Below are positions 46,284-58,516 of a stretch of 64,000 nt of DNA, piece by piece; the stretch's first letter is position 1, and the number at the start of each line of letters is the position of its first letter. The DNA lies in contig CBDCXM010000002.1 of NCBI GenBank assembly GCA_965223855.1, positions 32,001 to 96,000 of the forward strand. Direction: 5' to 3'. A model generated the notes under the pieces. That model did no database searches. It worked only from the letters and a program-made list of their open reading frames with translations, and was not told where the DNA came from. The position numbers were made by a program, and so were the translations under genes. The stretch comes from Candidatus Multivoradales bacterium (GTDB lineage Bacteria > Acidobacteriota > Thermoanaerobaculia > Multivoradales > JAHEKO01).

Positions 46284-47231
46284 ATGACCGATCTCAAGAC
46301 TGCATTCGTTTGGATGGAGGGCCGTCTCATTCCGTTCGAGGAGGCCAACGTCCACCTGCTGACCCACTCGCTTCACTACGGCCTCGGGGTGTTCGAGGGC
46401 ACGCGCGCCTATCAGCAGACGGGCGGCGGCAGCGCCATCTTCCGCCTCGACGACCATCTGCGGCGTCTGTGGGGTTCGGCGAATGCAGTCGACATAGAGC
46501 TTCCGGTCGATCGGGAACAGGTTCGCCAGGGGTCGATCGACCTCGTCGAGGCGAACGGTATCGCCACCTGCTATCTGCGCCACATCGCGTGGATCGGCGC
46601 CGGGATCATGGGTCTGCACCCCAAGGACAACCCGATCCGTTTCGCCATCATTTCCTGGCCGTGGGGTGCCTATCTCGGCAAAGAAGGGCTCGAGAAGGGA
46701 GTCCGCTGCAAGGTCTCGAGTTTCACCCGGCCCTTCCCGAACTCGACCCTCACCAAGGCGAAGATCACCGGCAACTACGTCAACTCGATTCTCGCCAAGA
46801 GAGAAGTGGTGGCGATGGGGTACGACGAGGCGATTCTCGTCGACTCGAACGGCTTTCTCGCGGAGTGCAGCGGCGAGAACATCTTCCTCGTTCGCGATGG
46901 CGTCGTTCGCACGCCGGCGATGAGCAGCGTTCTCGAGGGGATCACCCGCGCGACGGTGATGAAGATCGCCCGCGATCTGGGCTACGTCGTCGAGCAGGCG
47001 ATTCTCACGCGCGACGACATGTACTTCGCCGACGAGGTCTTCATGACCGGCACGGCGGCCGAGGTGACGCCGGTGCGCGAGGTCGATGACCGGCCGGTGG
47101 GCGCGGGCACGGCTGGGCCGATCACCAAGCAGATTCAGGGCATCTTCTTCGAGACGATCCGCGGCGAGCGTCCGGAGTACGCCGACTGGCTCACGCCGGT
47201 GGCGATGCGCGAGACCGCCGCCGCTTCCTGA
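46284..47231 (+). CDS. ilvE: Branched-chain amino acid aminotransferase
   Basis: AAGGAG RBS, LHYGLGVFEG, AKITGNYVNS, ENIF, LEGITR and GTAAEVTP. Confidence 0.95.
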   Translation: MTDLKTAFVWMEGRLIPFEEANVHLLTHSLHYGLGVFEGTRAYQQTGGGSAIFRLDDHLRRLWGSANAVDIELPVDREQVRQGSIDLVEANGIATCYLRHIAWIGAGIMGLHPKDNPIRFAIISWPWGAYLGKEGLEKGVRCKVSSFTRPFPNSTLTKAKITGNYVNSILAKREVVAMGYDEAILVDSNGFLAECSGENIFLVRDGVVRTPAMSSVLEGITRATVMKIARDLGYVVEQAILTRDDMYFADEVFMTGTAAEVTPVREVDDRPVGAGTAGPITKQIQGIFFETIRGERPEYADWLTPVAMRETAAAS

Positions 47232-47733
47232 TCGCGTCGACCGGCTCGACGGCTCTCGGCGACGTCGGCGTGGCGGCGCCGGCGGCAGGCTGCCTCGTCA
47301 CGAGGTAGGGGTAGTCGCCACCGGCCGCGAGCAGGTTGCGACGCGCGGGCAGGGTCGTCAGGTAGGTCAGGCACAGGTCGGCGGCGCTCCGTCGCCTCAG
47401 GACGGTGTCGAGGAAGGAGCGCTGCCACAGTCGGGGTGGTCCACCGGCGCGCACGACGAGCCTTGCGGTGGCCGACTTGAACCGTGCCACCAGGCGGGGC
47501 AGGTCTCGACCGTCGTCGAGCAGCCAGTGCAGGCGGTCGGGCAGGACCAGGCCGCAGCGGGTCCTTGGATGGACGGCGAGCGCTTCGAACACGAGCCTGG
47601 CGAGGCGGGGTTCCCCGAGAGTGGGTCTCCCGCCGGCGGTGCCGATCCACACATGAACCGGGAGGGCGGGGTAACGGGGCAGGCGGTGGCGGGCCGGCGG
47701 GTGGAGTTCCCACGGTCGCAGTGCGGTCGTCAT
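47191..47733 (-). CDS. Y1/RAYT (IS200-like) transposase homologue with altered catalytic motifs
   Basis: LPDRLHWLL, RFKSATAR, LWQRSFLDTVLR, YLTTLPARRNL and DYPY align to the RAYT layout. Confidence 0.65.
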   Translation of the reverse strand: MTTALRPWELHPPARHRLPRYPALPVHVWIGTAGGRPTLGEPRLARLVFEALAVHPRTRCGLVLPDRLHWLLDDGRDLPRLVARFKSATARLVVRAGGPPRLWQRSFLDTVLRRRSAADLCLTYLTTLPARRNLLAAGGDYPYLVTRQPAAGAATPTSPRAVEPVDAIRKRRRSRASPPA

Positions 47734-47815
47734 GCCCCACAGGACGGATTCCGTCCGTGAGGTCGCACACCGATCCCCTCGACGACTGCCCGCCGGCAGC
47801 CGTCGAGGGTTCAGG

Positions 47816-49981
<2,166 letters not shown>

Positions 49982-50485
49982 GCGAAGCTCCTTCTTTCGG
50001 GGACGGTCTGGTCGAGCGACCCTATCGGATTGCGGTCCGACGGTTCCGGCTGTTTGGGCTGAGCGAGCTGGTCGAGCTGGTCGGACAGACAGGACTCGGC
50101 CCGACCGCAGCGATCGAGGCGTCTTGACCGGGCACTGGATCGGCAGCGAGTCAGCCGAGCGTCGTGGTGCGGCGCATGATCGCTTTCCCGGTAGGCAGGA
50201 GGTGCGGTTGGCCTGTGCGCTTGGGGAGCGGGCTCGCCCGGCGAGCCGATCCTCGTGTCGGCTGCCTGCGAATCGTCCGGCGGAGGGCCAGCCTTTGACC
50301 CCACGCGGCGAAGCACGAAGTCGCCGCCACAGCCATCGATTCGGCAACGCGGAACGGCCGTGCTTCCGGCGGTCGATCGAGCACCTGACCACCTGGAAGC
50401 CCTTCTCTACGGGCGTTGCAGTCCCGGCGACGGTCGTCCTCGAGCGCTTCCGTGGCCTAGCTCGACCGTCGGTTTTTCCCGGACC

Positions 50486-51883
50486 CTAGCGGTCGTAGTG
50501 AGCCGGCCGGGCGCCCGCGGCCATGATGAGGTGTCGCAGGAAGTCGATGAAGGCGGGCTGGTAGATATCGACGTGGTTGGGGATGATCTTCGGGTCGACT
50601 TCGACCACCATCACAGGAGCGTTCGACGGCAGGGGGCCGCCCTTCCAGACGAGTTCCGAGGTCGGGAACGGGAACTCGGATTCGCCGTTCGCGAGAAAGC
50701 GCCGCAATGCCGTCGCTCGCTCGCGCACGGCCCCGGGATCCTCGTTCGAGAGCATCGCGGAGCCGAGGTCGAACGGGCAGTCGCAGCTGGCGATCTTCGC
50801 TTTGTCTTCGACGCCGATCTTCGGCGTCCGATCGGTCGCCGTCAGCGCATGGGTGTTGTAGGGCTTGAAGTGGCCCAGCGTGCGCAGGTTGGCCTCGCGC
50901 TCGAGCTGTACCTTGCCCGGCGGGTAGTCGTCGAGCCGCACCGAAAGCGCGCGGCCCCTCGGGAACCACTTGCCGGTGGCGTCGTCTCCGGTCGATGTCG
51001 CGACGACGAAGATCGGCGGCTGGCAGGTCGGGAAGGAACCTTCCTGCGACAGGGCATGAAGCGGTTGGTAGCGAGCCGCCTCGAAGGCCGGATTGACGAG
51101 CAGGACGAGGTCGCCGAAGCCGCGAACGGCGTCGCCGGGCAGCGGCTGCCGCAGGCAGTCGATCTCCTCGGCGGCCGAGTCGTCGTCAGGCGCCCCTTCG
51201 GCGAGGGAGCGGGCGACCGCCATCCGCTCCATCAGCAGCTGTGACGTCGCCGACCAGATCAGGGCACCGCCGAAGCTGTGGCCGACGATCACCAGCCGGG
51301 TGTCGGAGTCGGTCACCGATCGGTGGCGCTCCTCGCGTAACTGCTTGAGCCGCACCAGGAGCTCCGTGACCGCTCCCGAGCCGACCTTGTGGGCGGTCGC
51401 CTTGCGGCCGTAGAAGGTGAGTTGGCGCGACACGGTGGTGTCCCAGGAGAGGCCGCGCCAGCCGACGTAGATGCCGACGATCCGGCGCTCCGCGCCCGGT
51501 GCGGCGACCGCCTTCTCGGTGGCGTGGAGCTGTTCCAGGATCGTGCGAAAGCAGGTGACGTTCGAGTCGCAGCTCTCCGAATTGTGCTTCCACCCGTGAG
51601 CGAAGACGACCATGAGGACGTCTCGTTCTTCGAGTTCGCGGCCGATCCGCTCGAGCAGAGTGGTCTGCTGGCGCCGATCGTGAGCCCAACCGAGGTCGTC
51701 GAACTCGACGAAGCCGAGCAGGTACTCCTCGCGCTCCTCGAGGAAGGCGGCCGAGCAGTCGCTCGTCTCGGCGGCGCATCCACCGCCCTCGATCGGTTCC
51801 GTGTGGTAGGGGACGACCGGCACCGTTCGGCAGCCGGCCGAGACCATGAGGAAGGCGAACAGAGCCAGGTGGCGCGGGCGCAT
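50486..51883 (-). CDS. Lipoprotein alpha/beta hydrolase (putative esterase/lipase)
   Basis: Lipobox VSAGC, FAHGWKH, GHSFGG and LVNPAFEA. Confidence 0.75.
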   Translation of the reverse strand: MRPRHLALFAFLMVSAGCRTVPVVPYHTEPIEGGGCAAETSDCSAAFLEEREEYLLGFVEFDDLGWAHDRRQQTTLLERIGRELEERDVLMVVFAHGWKHNSESCDSNVTCFRTILEQLHATEKAVAAPGAERRIVGIYVGWRGLSWDTTVSRQLTFYGRKATAHKVGSGAVTELLVRLKQLREERHRSVTDSDTRLVIVGHSFGGALIWSATSQLLMERMAVARSLAEGAPDDDSAAEEIDCLRQPLPGDAVRGFGDLVLLVNPAFEAARYQPLHALSQEGSFPTCQPPIFVVATSTGDDATGKWFPRGRALSVRLDDYPPGKVQLEREANLRTLGHFKPYNTHALTATDRTPKIGVEDKAKIASCDCPFDLGSAMLSNEDPGAVRERATALRRFLANGESEFPFPTSELVWKGGPLPSNAPVMVVEVDPKIIPNHVDIYQPAFIDFLRHLIMAAGARPAHYDR

Positions 51884-51968
51884 CGACCGGCCGCGGCCTC
51901 GCGGGGCGACGGCGCTCTTGCCGGGGATGAGCCTCTTCGTATCGATACAAGACGATACCATGGGGGGC

Positions 51969-54260
51969 ATGCGTCACCGGCTCGCAGCGGGGGCCCTCGC
52001 GCTCCTCGTCGCCTGCTCTTCGGGCGACGAGACGCCACCGATCGGCCGTGCGGCGCAGAAGGGCTGGACGGCCCGGGACATGCCCGCGGCGGGGGAGGCG
52101 TGGTTCCCCGGGCTCGACGGCGGCGTCGAGCTGAGCCCGGCGGCGGTCCGCGGCCGCAACACCTGGATGGTGTGGACCGGCGGCAACGAGGCGATGTGGG
52201 ACCACTTCGCCAACCACTCGTTCGGCACCTTCGACCTGCTCAAGACGCTCTCCTCGCATCCCGCGCTCCCAGGCGGGCGCTCCGATCGTTTTCGTCGCCT
52301 CGGGCTATGGAACGAGCCGGGGTTCGAGGAGGCGGACGGCCCCGACCCGGAGCGCCATGGACTGTGGCTCGACCGCAGGGTCGGCGAATGGCGCGATCCG
52401 TTCGAGGACGGCGATCGCTACCCGGGGGTGGATGGCGGCGCTCTCTACGGCGAGCCTTCGGGCATCGTCGGACTGCGCCTGTTCCCGAACCCGGCGTTCG
52501 ACGAGGAGGCGCGACGGCGCTGGGATCCCGATCGCTACTACACCGACTCGAAGTACTACCTCGATCGCGAGCTGGTCCGGCCCTATCGAGTCGGCATGGC
52601 GTGCTCGTTCTGTCACGTCGGCGCGAGTCCGGTCGCGCCGCCCGCCGATCCCGAGGGCCCCGCCTGGAGCGAGCTGTCGGCCTACGTCGGCTCGCAGTAC
52701 TTCCGCAACGGCACCGTCTTCTACTACGACCCCGATCCGGGCAATTTCCTCTTTCAGCTCTTCGACGCTCCGCCGCGCGGTACCAACGACACCTCGTTCC
52801 TCGCGACCGACACGATCTTCAATCCGAGGACGATGAACGCCATCTACTCGGTCGGCGCGCGTCTCGACGCCGCAGGCCGGTGGGGCTCCGAGACGCTGTC
52901 CGGGAGAGCCCTTGCGAACCCGAGCCTCGGCGCCGGGGAGGGTGCGGCCGGCGCCGAGGTCGTCACCCAGGTCGTCACTCAGGTCGACCGCGACGTGCCG
53001 CACATCCTCAAGGACGGCGCCGACTCGGTCGGCGTGCTCGGTGCCCTGAACCGTGTCTACGTCAACATCGGCATGTTTCACGAGGAGTGGTTCCGGCACT
53101 TCAACCCGCTCCTGGGGGGAGTCGCCCAGCGACCCCTAGACCTCGAGTCTGCGAGGGAGCGTTCCACCTACTGGAGCGCCACCGAGGCGCGGACCCCCGA
53201 CGTCGCGCAGTACTTCCTCGAGGCGGCGCGACCCCATCGTCTTCGAGACGCTCCCGGAGGCGCCGACCGGCTGGAGGACGATGCGGAGGTGATGCGGAGC
53301 GGGCGGCTCGCCTTCGCCGATCACTGCGCCGGCTGCCACTCGAGCAAGCTTCCCGCCGCCGAAGAGGCCGGCGTGCCGGAGGCGTCCGGGGCCTACTGGG
53401 AGTGGCTGCGCGGCGACGAGGGGCGCGCGGCGCTGCGTGAGATCGTCCTGGCGGAGGACTTCCTGAAGGGAAACTACCTGTCCAACGACAGGAGGATCGC
53501 CGCTGATGTCCTGGGAACGAATCTGTGCAGTCCGGCGGCGACCAACGCGACGGCCGGCCACATCTGGGAGGCGTTCAGCTCCGACAGTTATCGAGCCCTG
53601 CCGGCGATCGGCCCGCTCGAGGTCGAGGGACTTCCCGGAGTGACCGCCGATCGGACGTGGGAGCTGGGGCCGGGAGGGCCGGGGTACACCAGGGTGCCGT
53701 CGCTGATCGGCGTCTGGGCGTCGGCGCCGCTGCTGCTGTCGAACACTCTCGGCGAATACACCGGAGACCCCTCGGTGGAAGGTCGCCTCCAGGCCTTCGA
53801 CTCGGCGATGGAGCAGCTGCTGTGGCCCGAACTGCGGCGACCCTTCGTGCCGCGCACCACCGAGGTCAGCCACCTCGAGATCGCCGTCGCCTACCTGCGC
53901 TCTCCCCTCGATCGCCTGGTCGGCTTCGTCTCCCGGTGGTTCGGCAACGGCGTGATCGAGATCGGGCCGATCCCGAAGGGGACACCGGTGGGGCTGCTCG
54001 CGAACCTGGACCTCAACCGTCCCGAGCGACACGGCGAACTGCTGCGTCTCGTGCCGCGGATCGCCACCTCGCTGGCGAAGATCTCGACGGAGAGGATGAG
54101 CGAGGCGGAGGCGACCGAGCTCCTGCGGCGAGAGGTGGCGCCGAGCCTGCTCGCCCTCAACACCTGCCCCGACTTCGTGCTGAATCGCGGACACGAGTTC
54201 GGCAGTGAGCTCTCGGACGCCCGCAAGCGGGCGCTGATCGAGTTCGTCAGGACGTTCTGA
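51969..54260 (+). CDS. Large di-heme c-type cytochrome lipoprotein, RoxA/MauG-superfamily-like
   Basis: Lipobox LVAC, CSFCH and CAGCH, GPGYTRVPSLIGVWASAP and C-terminal GHEFG…LIEFVRTF. Confidence 0.78.
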   Translation: MRHRLAAGALALLVACSSGDETPPIGRAAQKGWTARDMPAAGEAWFPGLDGGVELSPAAVRGRNTWMVWTGGNEAMWDHFANHSFGTFDLLKTLSSHPALPGGRSDRFRRLGLWNEPGFEEADGPDPERHGLWLDRRVGEWRDPFEDGDRYPGVDGGALYGEPSGIVGLRLFPNPAFDEEARRRWDPDRYYTDSKYYLDRELVRPYRVGMACSFCHVGASPVAPPADPEGPAWSELSAYVGSQYFRNGTVFYYDPDPGNFLFQLFDAPPRGTNDTSFLATDTIFNPRTMNAIYSVGARLDAAGRWGSETLSGRALANPSLGAGEGAAGAEVVTQVVTQVDRDVPHILKDGADSVGVLGALNRVYVNIGMFHEEWFRHFNPLLGGVAQRPLDLESARERSTYWSATEARTPDVAQYFLEAARPHRLRDAPGGADRLEDDAEVMRSGRLAFADHCAGCHSSKLPAAEEAGVPEASGAYWEWLRGDEGRAALREIVLAEDFLKGNYLSNDRRIAADVLGTNLCSPAATNATAGHIWEAFSSDSYRALPAIGPLEVEGLPGVTADRTWELGPGGPGYTRVPSLIGVWASAPLLLSNTLGEYTGDPSVEGRLQAFDSAMEQLLWPELRRPFVPRTTEVSHLEIAVAYLRSPLDRLVGFVSRWFGNGVIEIGPIPKGTPVGLLANLDLNRPERHGELLRLVPRIATSLAKISTERMSEAEATELLRREVAPSLLALNTCPDFVLNRGHEFGSELSDARKRALIEFVRTF

Positions 54261-54356
54261 CTTCGCTGCTCGGCCGGCGGCCCTGATACCCTCACGACGC
54301 CGGGGCCGGCAAGTCCGAGATCGATTGCAGTCGATACAGCTCACCTGGAGGGTTTG

Positions 54357-55211
54357 ATGGGCGAAGCCCACGTGGGAGAGGTGTATCGAGCGCTCGCGGT
54401 CTTCGTCGAGCCGCCTTCTCCCGAGCACGAGGTCGTCGCGTCGGTGCTGGAGCTAGGTGAGCTGCCCACTGCGGCCGAGCACACCGACCTGTTCGATTTT
54501 CAACTCTTCCCTCACGCGTCGGTCTACCTGAGCGACTCCGGGTTCAAGGGAGGCGAGGCGCGCGATCGGATCGCCGGCTTCTGGCGGGTCCTCGAGCTCG
54601 AGCCGCCTCGCGATCCCGACCACCTCACCGTGCTGCTGGCGGCGTACGGTGCGCTTCTCGATCGCGAAGCGGTGGCGGCCAGCGGCGATCACGCCAACTG
54701 GCGGCATGTCCGCCAGGTCTTCCTGCACGAGCACCTGCTCTCGTGGCTGCCGCTCTACCTCCAGGCGGTGCGGGAGCACGCCGGGACGTTCCACTGCCGC
54801 TGGGTCGACCGCCTCGAGGAGGTCCTCGCGAGCGAGTCGCTCGACGAGGCCGTCGCCTCCGAACTGCCGGCGGCACTACGCGAGCTGGCGCCCGTGCCCG
54901 ACCCGCGCGTCGAGGGAGGCGGGCCGTGGCTTGCTGCCCTTCTGGCGCCCGCGAGGGCGGGTTTCATCCTCACCCGCGACGCTCTGGCGGGGCTCGCCCG
55001 TGAGACGGGTCTCGGGCGGCGGGTCGCGGAGCGCCGCTACGTGCTGGAGGCGCTGCTGTCGCAGGATGCCCGCGCGGTTCTCGAAGGGCTCGCCGAACTC
55101 GCGCGGCCGACGGGACTGGAGGTGATGCCGTCGGTGACGCGAGCGTGGTGGCAGGAGCGAGCGGCCGCCACCTCGAGCCTGCTTCTCGAACTGGCCGCGG
55201 ACGCCGGCTGA
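54357..55211 (+). CDS. TorD/DmsD-family redox enzyme maturation chaperone
   Basis: PHASVYL, PDHLTVLL and HLLSWLP. Confidence 0.75.
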   Translation: MGEAHVGEVYRALAVFVEPPSPEHEVVASVLELGELPTAAEHTDLFDFQLFPHASVYLSDSGFKGGEARDRIAGFWRVLELEPPRDPDHLTVLLAAYGALLDREAVAASGDHANWRHVRQVFLHEHLLSWLPLYLQAVREHAGTFHCRWVDRLEEVLASESLDEAVASELPAALRELAPVPDPRVEGGGPWLAALLAPARAGFILTRDALAGLARETGLGRRVAERRYVLEALLSQDARAVLEGLAELARPTGLEVMPSVTRAWWQERAAATSSLLLELAADAG

Positions 55212-55301
55212 TCGAGCCGGGCTTCAGGACCTGACAGCCTCCCGGGCTTGACAACCATCCGGAGCCCGCGCACGCTCGCCGCCGTGAACGCAGGGGGTGC
55301 A

Positions 55302-56792
55302 GTGAGGAGAGCGTGGGTGCTGGCCGCCGGCGTGCTGGTGGCGGTGAGCGGTGGCTGCGGTCGCGAGGAGCGCCCGCCCAATGTGCTGTGGATCGTCTGG
55401 GACACCGTCCGGGCGGATCGGCTCAGCCTCTACGGACACGACCGGTCGACCACTCCGAACCTCGAGGCGCTGGCGGCGGCGGGGCGGGTCTACGACGCCA
55501 CCTCGGCTTCGTGCTGGACGATCCCGTCCCACACCTCGATGTTCACAGGGCTGTTCCCCGGAGAGCATGGGGTGCATGGCGCCGGCTCACGACTCGCCGA
55601 GACGACACCGACTCTGGCGGAGCTTCTCGCGGCCCGGGGGTACTCGACGTTCCTCTTCTCGGCCAATCCCTTCCTCGTCATGGACCTCGGGACGAGTCGC
55701 GGTTTCGAGACCGTCGAGCATCCGATGCTCGAAGGGCTCGCCGAGCGGTCGCTCGAGCTCGTGGAGGAGAGACTTCACCCCCTCGACCGCCGCAACGAGC
55801 TCAGGGCCGGCCTGCGTTCGAAGCGCACGGCCGGCTGGCAGCGCAAGGCTGTCGGCAGCCTCACCAACGAGCGTTTCGAGCGCTTCCTCGACGGTCGCGA
55901 CGAGTCGCGGCCGTTCTTCGCCTTCCTCAACTACATGGAAGCGCATCGTCCGCGAGCGCCGAGGCGAGAGGACCTCGAGCGCTTCCTCGACGAGACTGAG
56001 ATCCGAAGCTGGTACCGTCTCGATCGCAGCAAGGCGCGACTTCACCGGCTGAGCCTGGCGATCGACGACGCCGAACCGCTCGGCCCGCGGCAGCTCGATC
56101 TCTTCCGGACCGCCTACGATGCGACGTTGGTCGAGCTGGACGAACTGCTCGCGGCGGTGTTCGAGGGTCTCGAGCGCCGCGGGCTGCGGGACTCGACCGT
56201 GGTGGTCCTGACGTCGGACCACGGCGAGCATCTGGGAGAACACGGCAGCTATCTCCATCAGTACAGCCTCTTCGAACCGGTCGTCTCGGTGCCGCTCGTC
56301 GTCTGGGCACCCGGTCGGATCGAGCCCGGGCGTGAGGCGGTTCCGGTCTCGAACGTCGATCTCTTCCCGACCCTGCTCGCTCTGACCGGCGTCGAGGGTC
56401 CCCAGCGACCGCGACTCGGCAACCTGCTCAGCCCCCAGCCGCGCCATCCGGTGGTCAGCGAGTACCTCGTCGCCTACCGGGCGATTCTCGCGAAGAAGGC
56501 CCTCGAGTATCCCGATTGGGACCCGTCTCCCTACGAACGTCAGCTTCGATCGCTCAGGCTCGGCGACAGCAAGCTGCTGTGGCGGTCCGGCGGCGGCAAC
56601 TCGCTCTTCGACCTTGCCGACGATCCGCTCGAAGGAGTCGATCTGACGCCGACCGATCCGACGCTGGCCAGTCGGCTCGAGGGGCTTCTCACCCACTGGA
56701 TCTCCCTCGGCGAGGACGGCGAGGCGGGGGAGGTGGCCGACGAGCTTTCCGACGAGCAGCTCGAATGGCTGCAAGACCTCGGTTACCTGTGA
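55302..56792 (+). CDS. Sulfatase-like lipoprotein (Thr-type)
   Basis: NVLWIVWDTVRAD, CWTIPSHTSMFTG, NYMEAH, TSDHGEHLGE and LQDLGYL. Start is approximate. Confidence 0.88.
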   Translation: MRRAWVLAAGVLVAVSGGCGREERPPNVLWIVWDTVRADRLSLYGHDRSTTPNLEALAAAGRVYDATSASCWTIPSHTSMFTGLFPGEHGVHGAGSRLAETTPTLAELLAARGYSTFLFSANPFLVMDLGTSRGFETVEHPMLEGLAERSLELVEERLHPLDRRNELRAGLRSKRTAGWQRKAVGSLTNERFERFLDGRDESRPFFAFLNYMEAHRPRAPRREDLERFLDETEIRSWYRLDRSKARLHRLSLAIDDAEPLGPRQLDLFRTAYDATLVELDELLAAVFEGLERRGLRDSTVVVLTSDHGEHLGEHGSYLHQYSLFEPVVSVPLVVWAPGRIEPGREAVPVSNVDLFPTLLALTGVEGPQRPRLGNLLSPQPRHPVVSEYLVAYRAILAKKALEYPDWDPSPYERQLRSLRLGDSKLLWRSGGGNSLFDLADDPLEGVDLTPTDPTLASRLEGLLTHWISLGEDGEAGEVADELSDEQLEWLQDLGYL

Positions 56793-58516
56793 GCCGGGCG
56801 AACCAGCCCCGAGACTCTTCGTGGGTCTTCCCGGCCCCGATCGAGTGGTGCTACCTCTCGGTCGGCGCCCTGCTGATGGTGCGGTACCGGTGGATCATGG
56901 ACGACGCGATGGTCTACCTGCGCTATCTCGACAATCTGCTCTTCTTGAAGCTCGGACTGGTCTTCAACGCCGGCGAGTACGTGGAGGGGTTCTCGAGCCT
57001 CGGCTGGGTCGTGCTGCTGATCCCTCTGCGGGCGATCGGACTGTCGTTCGAGACGATCGTGCTGGGGGTCGGGATCGTCGTCTTCGCCTGTTTCGGCTAC
57101 GGCCTCGTCGTCCTCAACCGCAAGCTGGCTCCGGAGGGGGCGCCGGTCGTCAACCTGCCCCTGGCGCTGCTCCTCGGCAACTACGCCTGCCTGTCGTTCT
57201 TCACCGGCGGTCTCGAAGTCGTCCTGGTGCAGCTTCTGGCGGTGGTGTTCGCCCTCTTCTTCATCGAGCCGCAGTCCCGTCTCTGGCAGGTCGGCGTCGC
57301 ATTGGCCCCGGTGGTCCGGCACGAACTCGTCGTGCCGCTGTTGCTGGCGCTCGTCTTCGTGCGCGCGCAGCGCAGGATCGCGCTGCGGATCGGCATCCTT
57401 GCCGTCGCGGCGCTCGGTCTTCTCGTCGCGTTCCGGGTCGTCTACTACGCCGAGCTGGTACCGAACACCTTCTTCGTCAAGGACGATGTCGAGATCCGCC
57501 GGGGCCTCACCTACCTGTGGGAGACCGTTTCGACCTACGGCACAGCCTGGGTCGCGGCGGCGGGCGTGATTGCTACCTGGTGGCTGCTGCGGCGACGCGC
57601 CCTGACCTTCGCCCCGGCGAGGCTCTGGATGCTGGCGGCGGCGGCGTCGGTAGCGGCCTATGTCGTCAAGGTGGGCGGGGCTCCGCTCCACTACTGGTAC
57701 CTCGCCTTCCCGTTCTGCCTGTCGCTGGCGACGACCGCCGGGCTTGCCGAGGGTCTCCTGGCACGGGAGTTCCGAGGCCGCCGGATCGTCGCCTGGACGG
57801 CGGGTCTCGCGCTCTTCGCCGCTACGATCCTGGCGTATCCGATCCGGCTGGAGCGGCATCCGCTCTCGGCCGATCTCGGCCTCCGCAACGGCAAGGGGTT
57901 CAGCGATCCGGAGTGGCACCGCAAGCTCTTCCGGCGGGACTCCTACGGGATCGACGCGAAGCCGGACTATTCGGCGACGATGCCCGACGGAGAGTACCGG
58001 GGAGTCTCGATGCACGGTCTGTGTGCGCTGATGTTCGAGAGGATCGACTACCGCTGGGTGCACGGGTTCGGGCTGACGGATCCGATTCTCGCGAGAGTCG
58101 ACGTCGAAGAGCACCGGGCGGGACACAAACGGCGGCTCTTCCTGCTCGCCAACGACCTGCGGGAGCTGCGGGAATCTCCCGAGTACCGTCGGATCGGCGG
58201 CCTCGGACAGGCGGTGGAGGACGGGGTGGCACCGCCCTGGGTCGAGCACGAGATCGAGAAGATCTCGGTCATCGAGCGCAAGCTCTACAACCGGCACCGC
58301 CCGTGGGAGAACCTGAAGCTGGCGCTGGCCGGAGACCTGACGCTCTCACTCGATGGCGAGACGCGCGAACGCGTCGAGAACTATGTCCAGGGAGTGGAGG
58401 ATCGCCGGTTGGAGCGGAGGCGAGCGGCACGCGAGGAGCGCCGCAAGAAACGCCGCGAGGCGCAACGCGCCCGAGCGTCCGGGACCGCGGAGCCGACAGA
58501 GGAGCCGCCACCTTGA
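56789..58516 (+). CDS. Polytopic membrane protein, GT-C glycosyltransferase-like (AftB-like)
   Basis: DDAMVYLRY…GLVFNAGEYVEGFSS, VRHE, YYAELVPNTF…K and many TM segments. Confidence 0.72.
   Translation: MSRANQPRDSSWVFPAPIEWCYLSVGALLMVRYRWIMDDAMVYLRYLDNLLFLKLGLVFNAGEYVEGFSSLGWVVLLIPLRAIGLSFETIVLGVGIVVFACFGYGLVVLNRKLAPEGAPVVNLPLALLLGNYACLSFFTGGLEVVLVQLLAVVFALFFIEPQSRLWQVGVALAPVVRHELVVPLLLALVFVRAQRRIALRIGILAVAALGLLVAFRVVYYAELVPNTFFVKDDVEIRRGLTYLWETVSTYGTAWVAAAGVIATWWLLRRRALTFAPARLWMLAAAASVAAYVVKVGGAPLHYWYLAFPFCLSLATTAGLAEGLLAREFRGRRIVAWTAGLALFAATILAYPIRLERHPLSADLGLRNGKGFSDPEWHRKLFRRDSYGIDAKPDYSATMPDGEYRGVSMHGLCALMFERIDYRWVHGFGLTDPILARVDVEEHRAGHKRRLFLLANDLRELRESPEYRRIGGLGQAVEDGVAPPWVEHEIEKISVIERKLYNRHRPWENLKLALAGDLTLSLDGETRERVENYVQGVEDRRLERRRAAREERRKKRREAQRARASGTAEPTEEPPP

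Noticed and set aside
49982-50485. 500-bp intergenic gap
   Set aside because: No convincing ORF, repeat or RNA motif could be supported by eye.
56821-58512. Apparent 1068-aa ORF (N-terminal extension of the sulfatase-like gene)
   Set aside because: The upstream part is an Arg-rich off-frame reading of the GT-C gene. The real start is near 58513.
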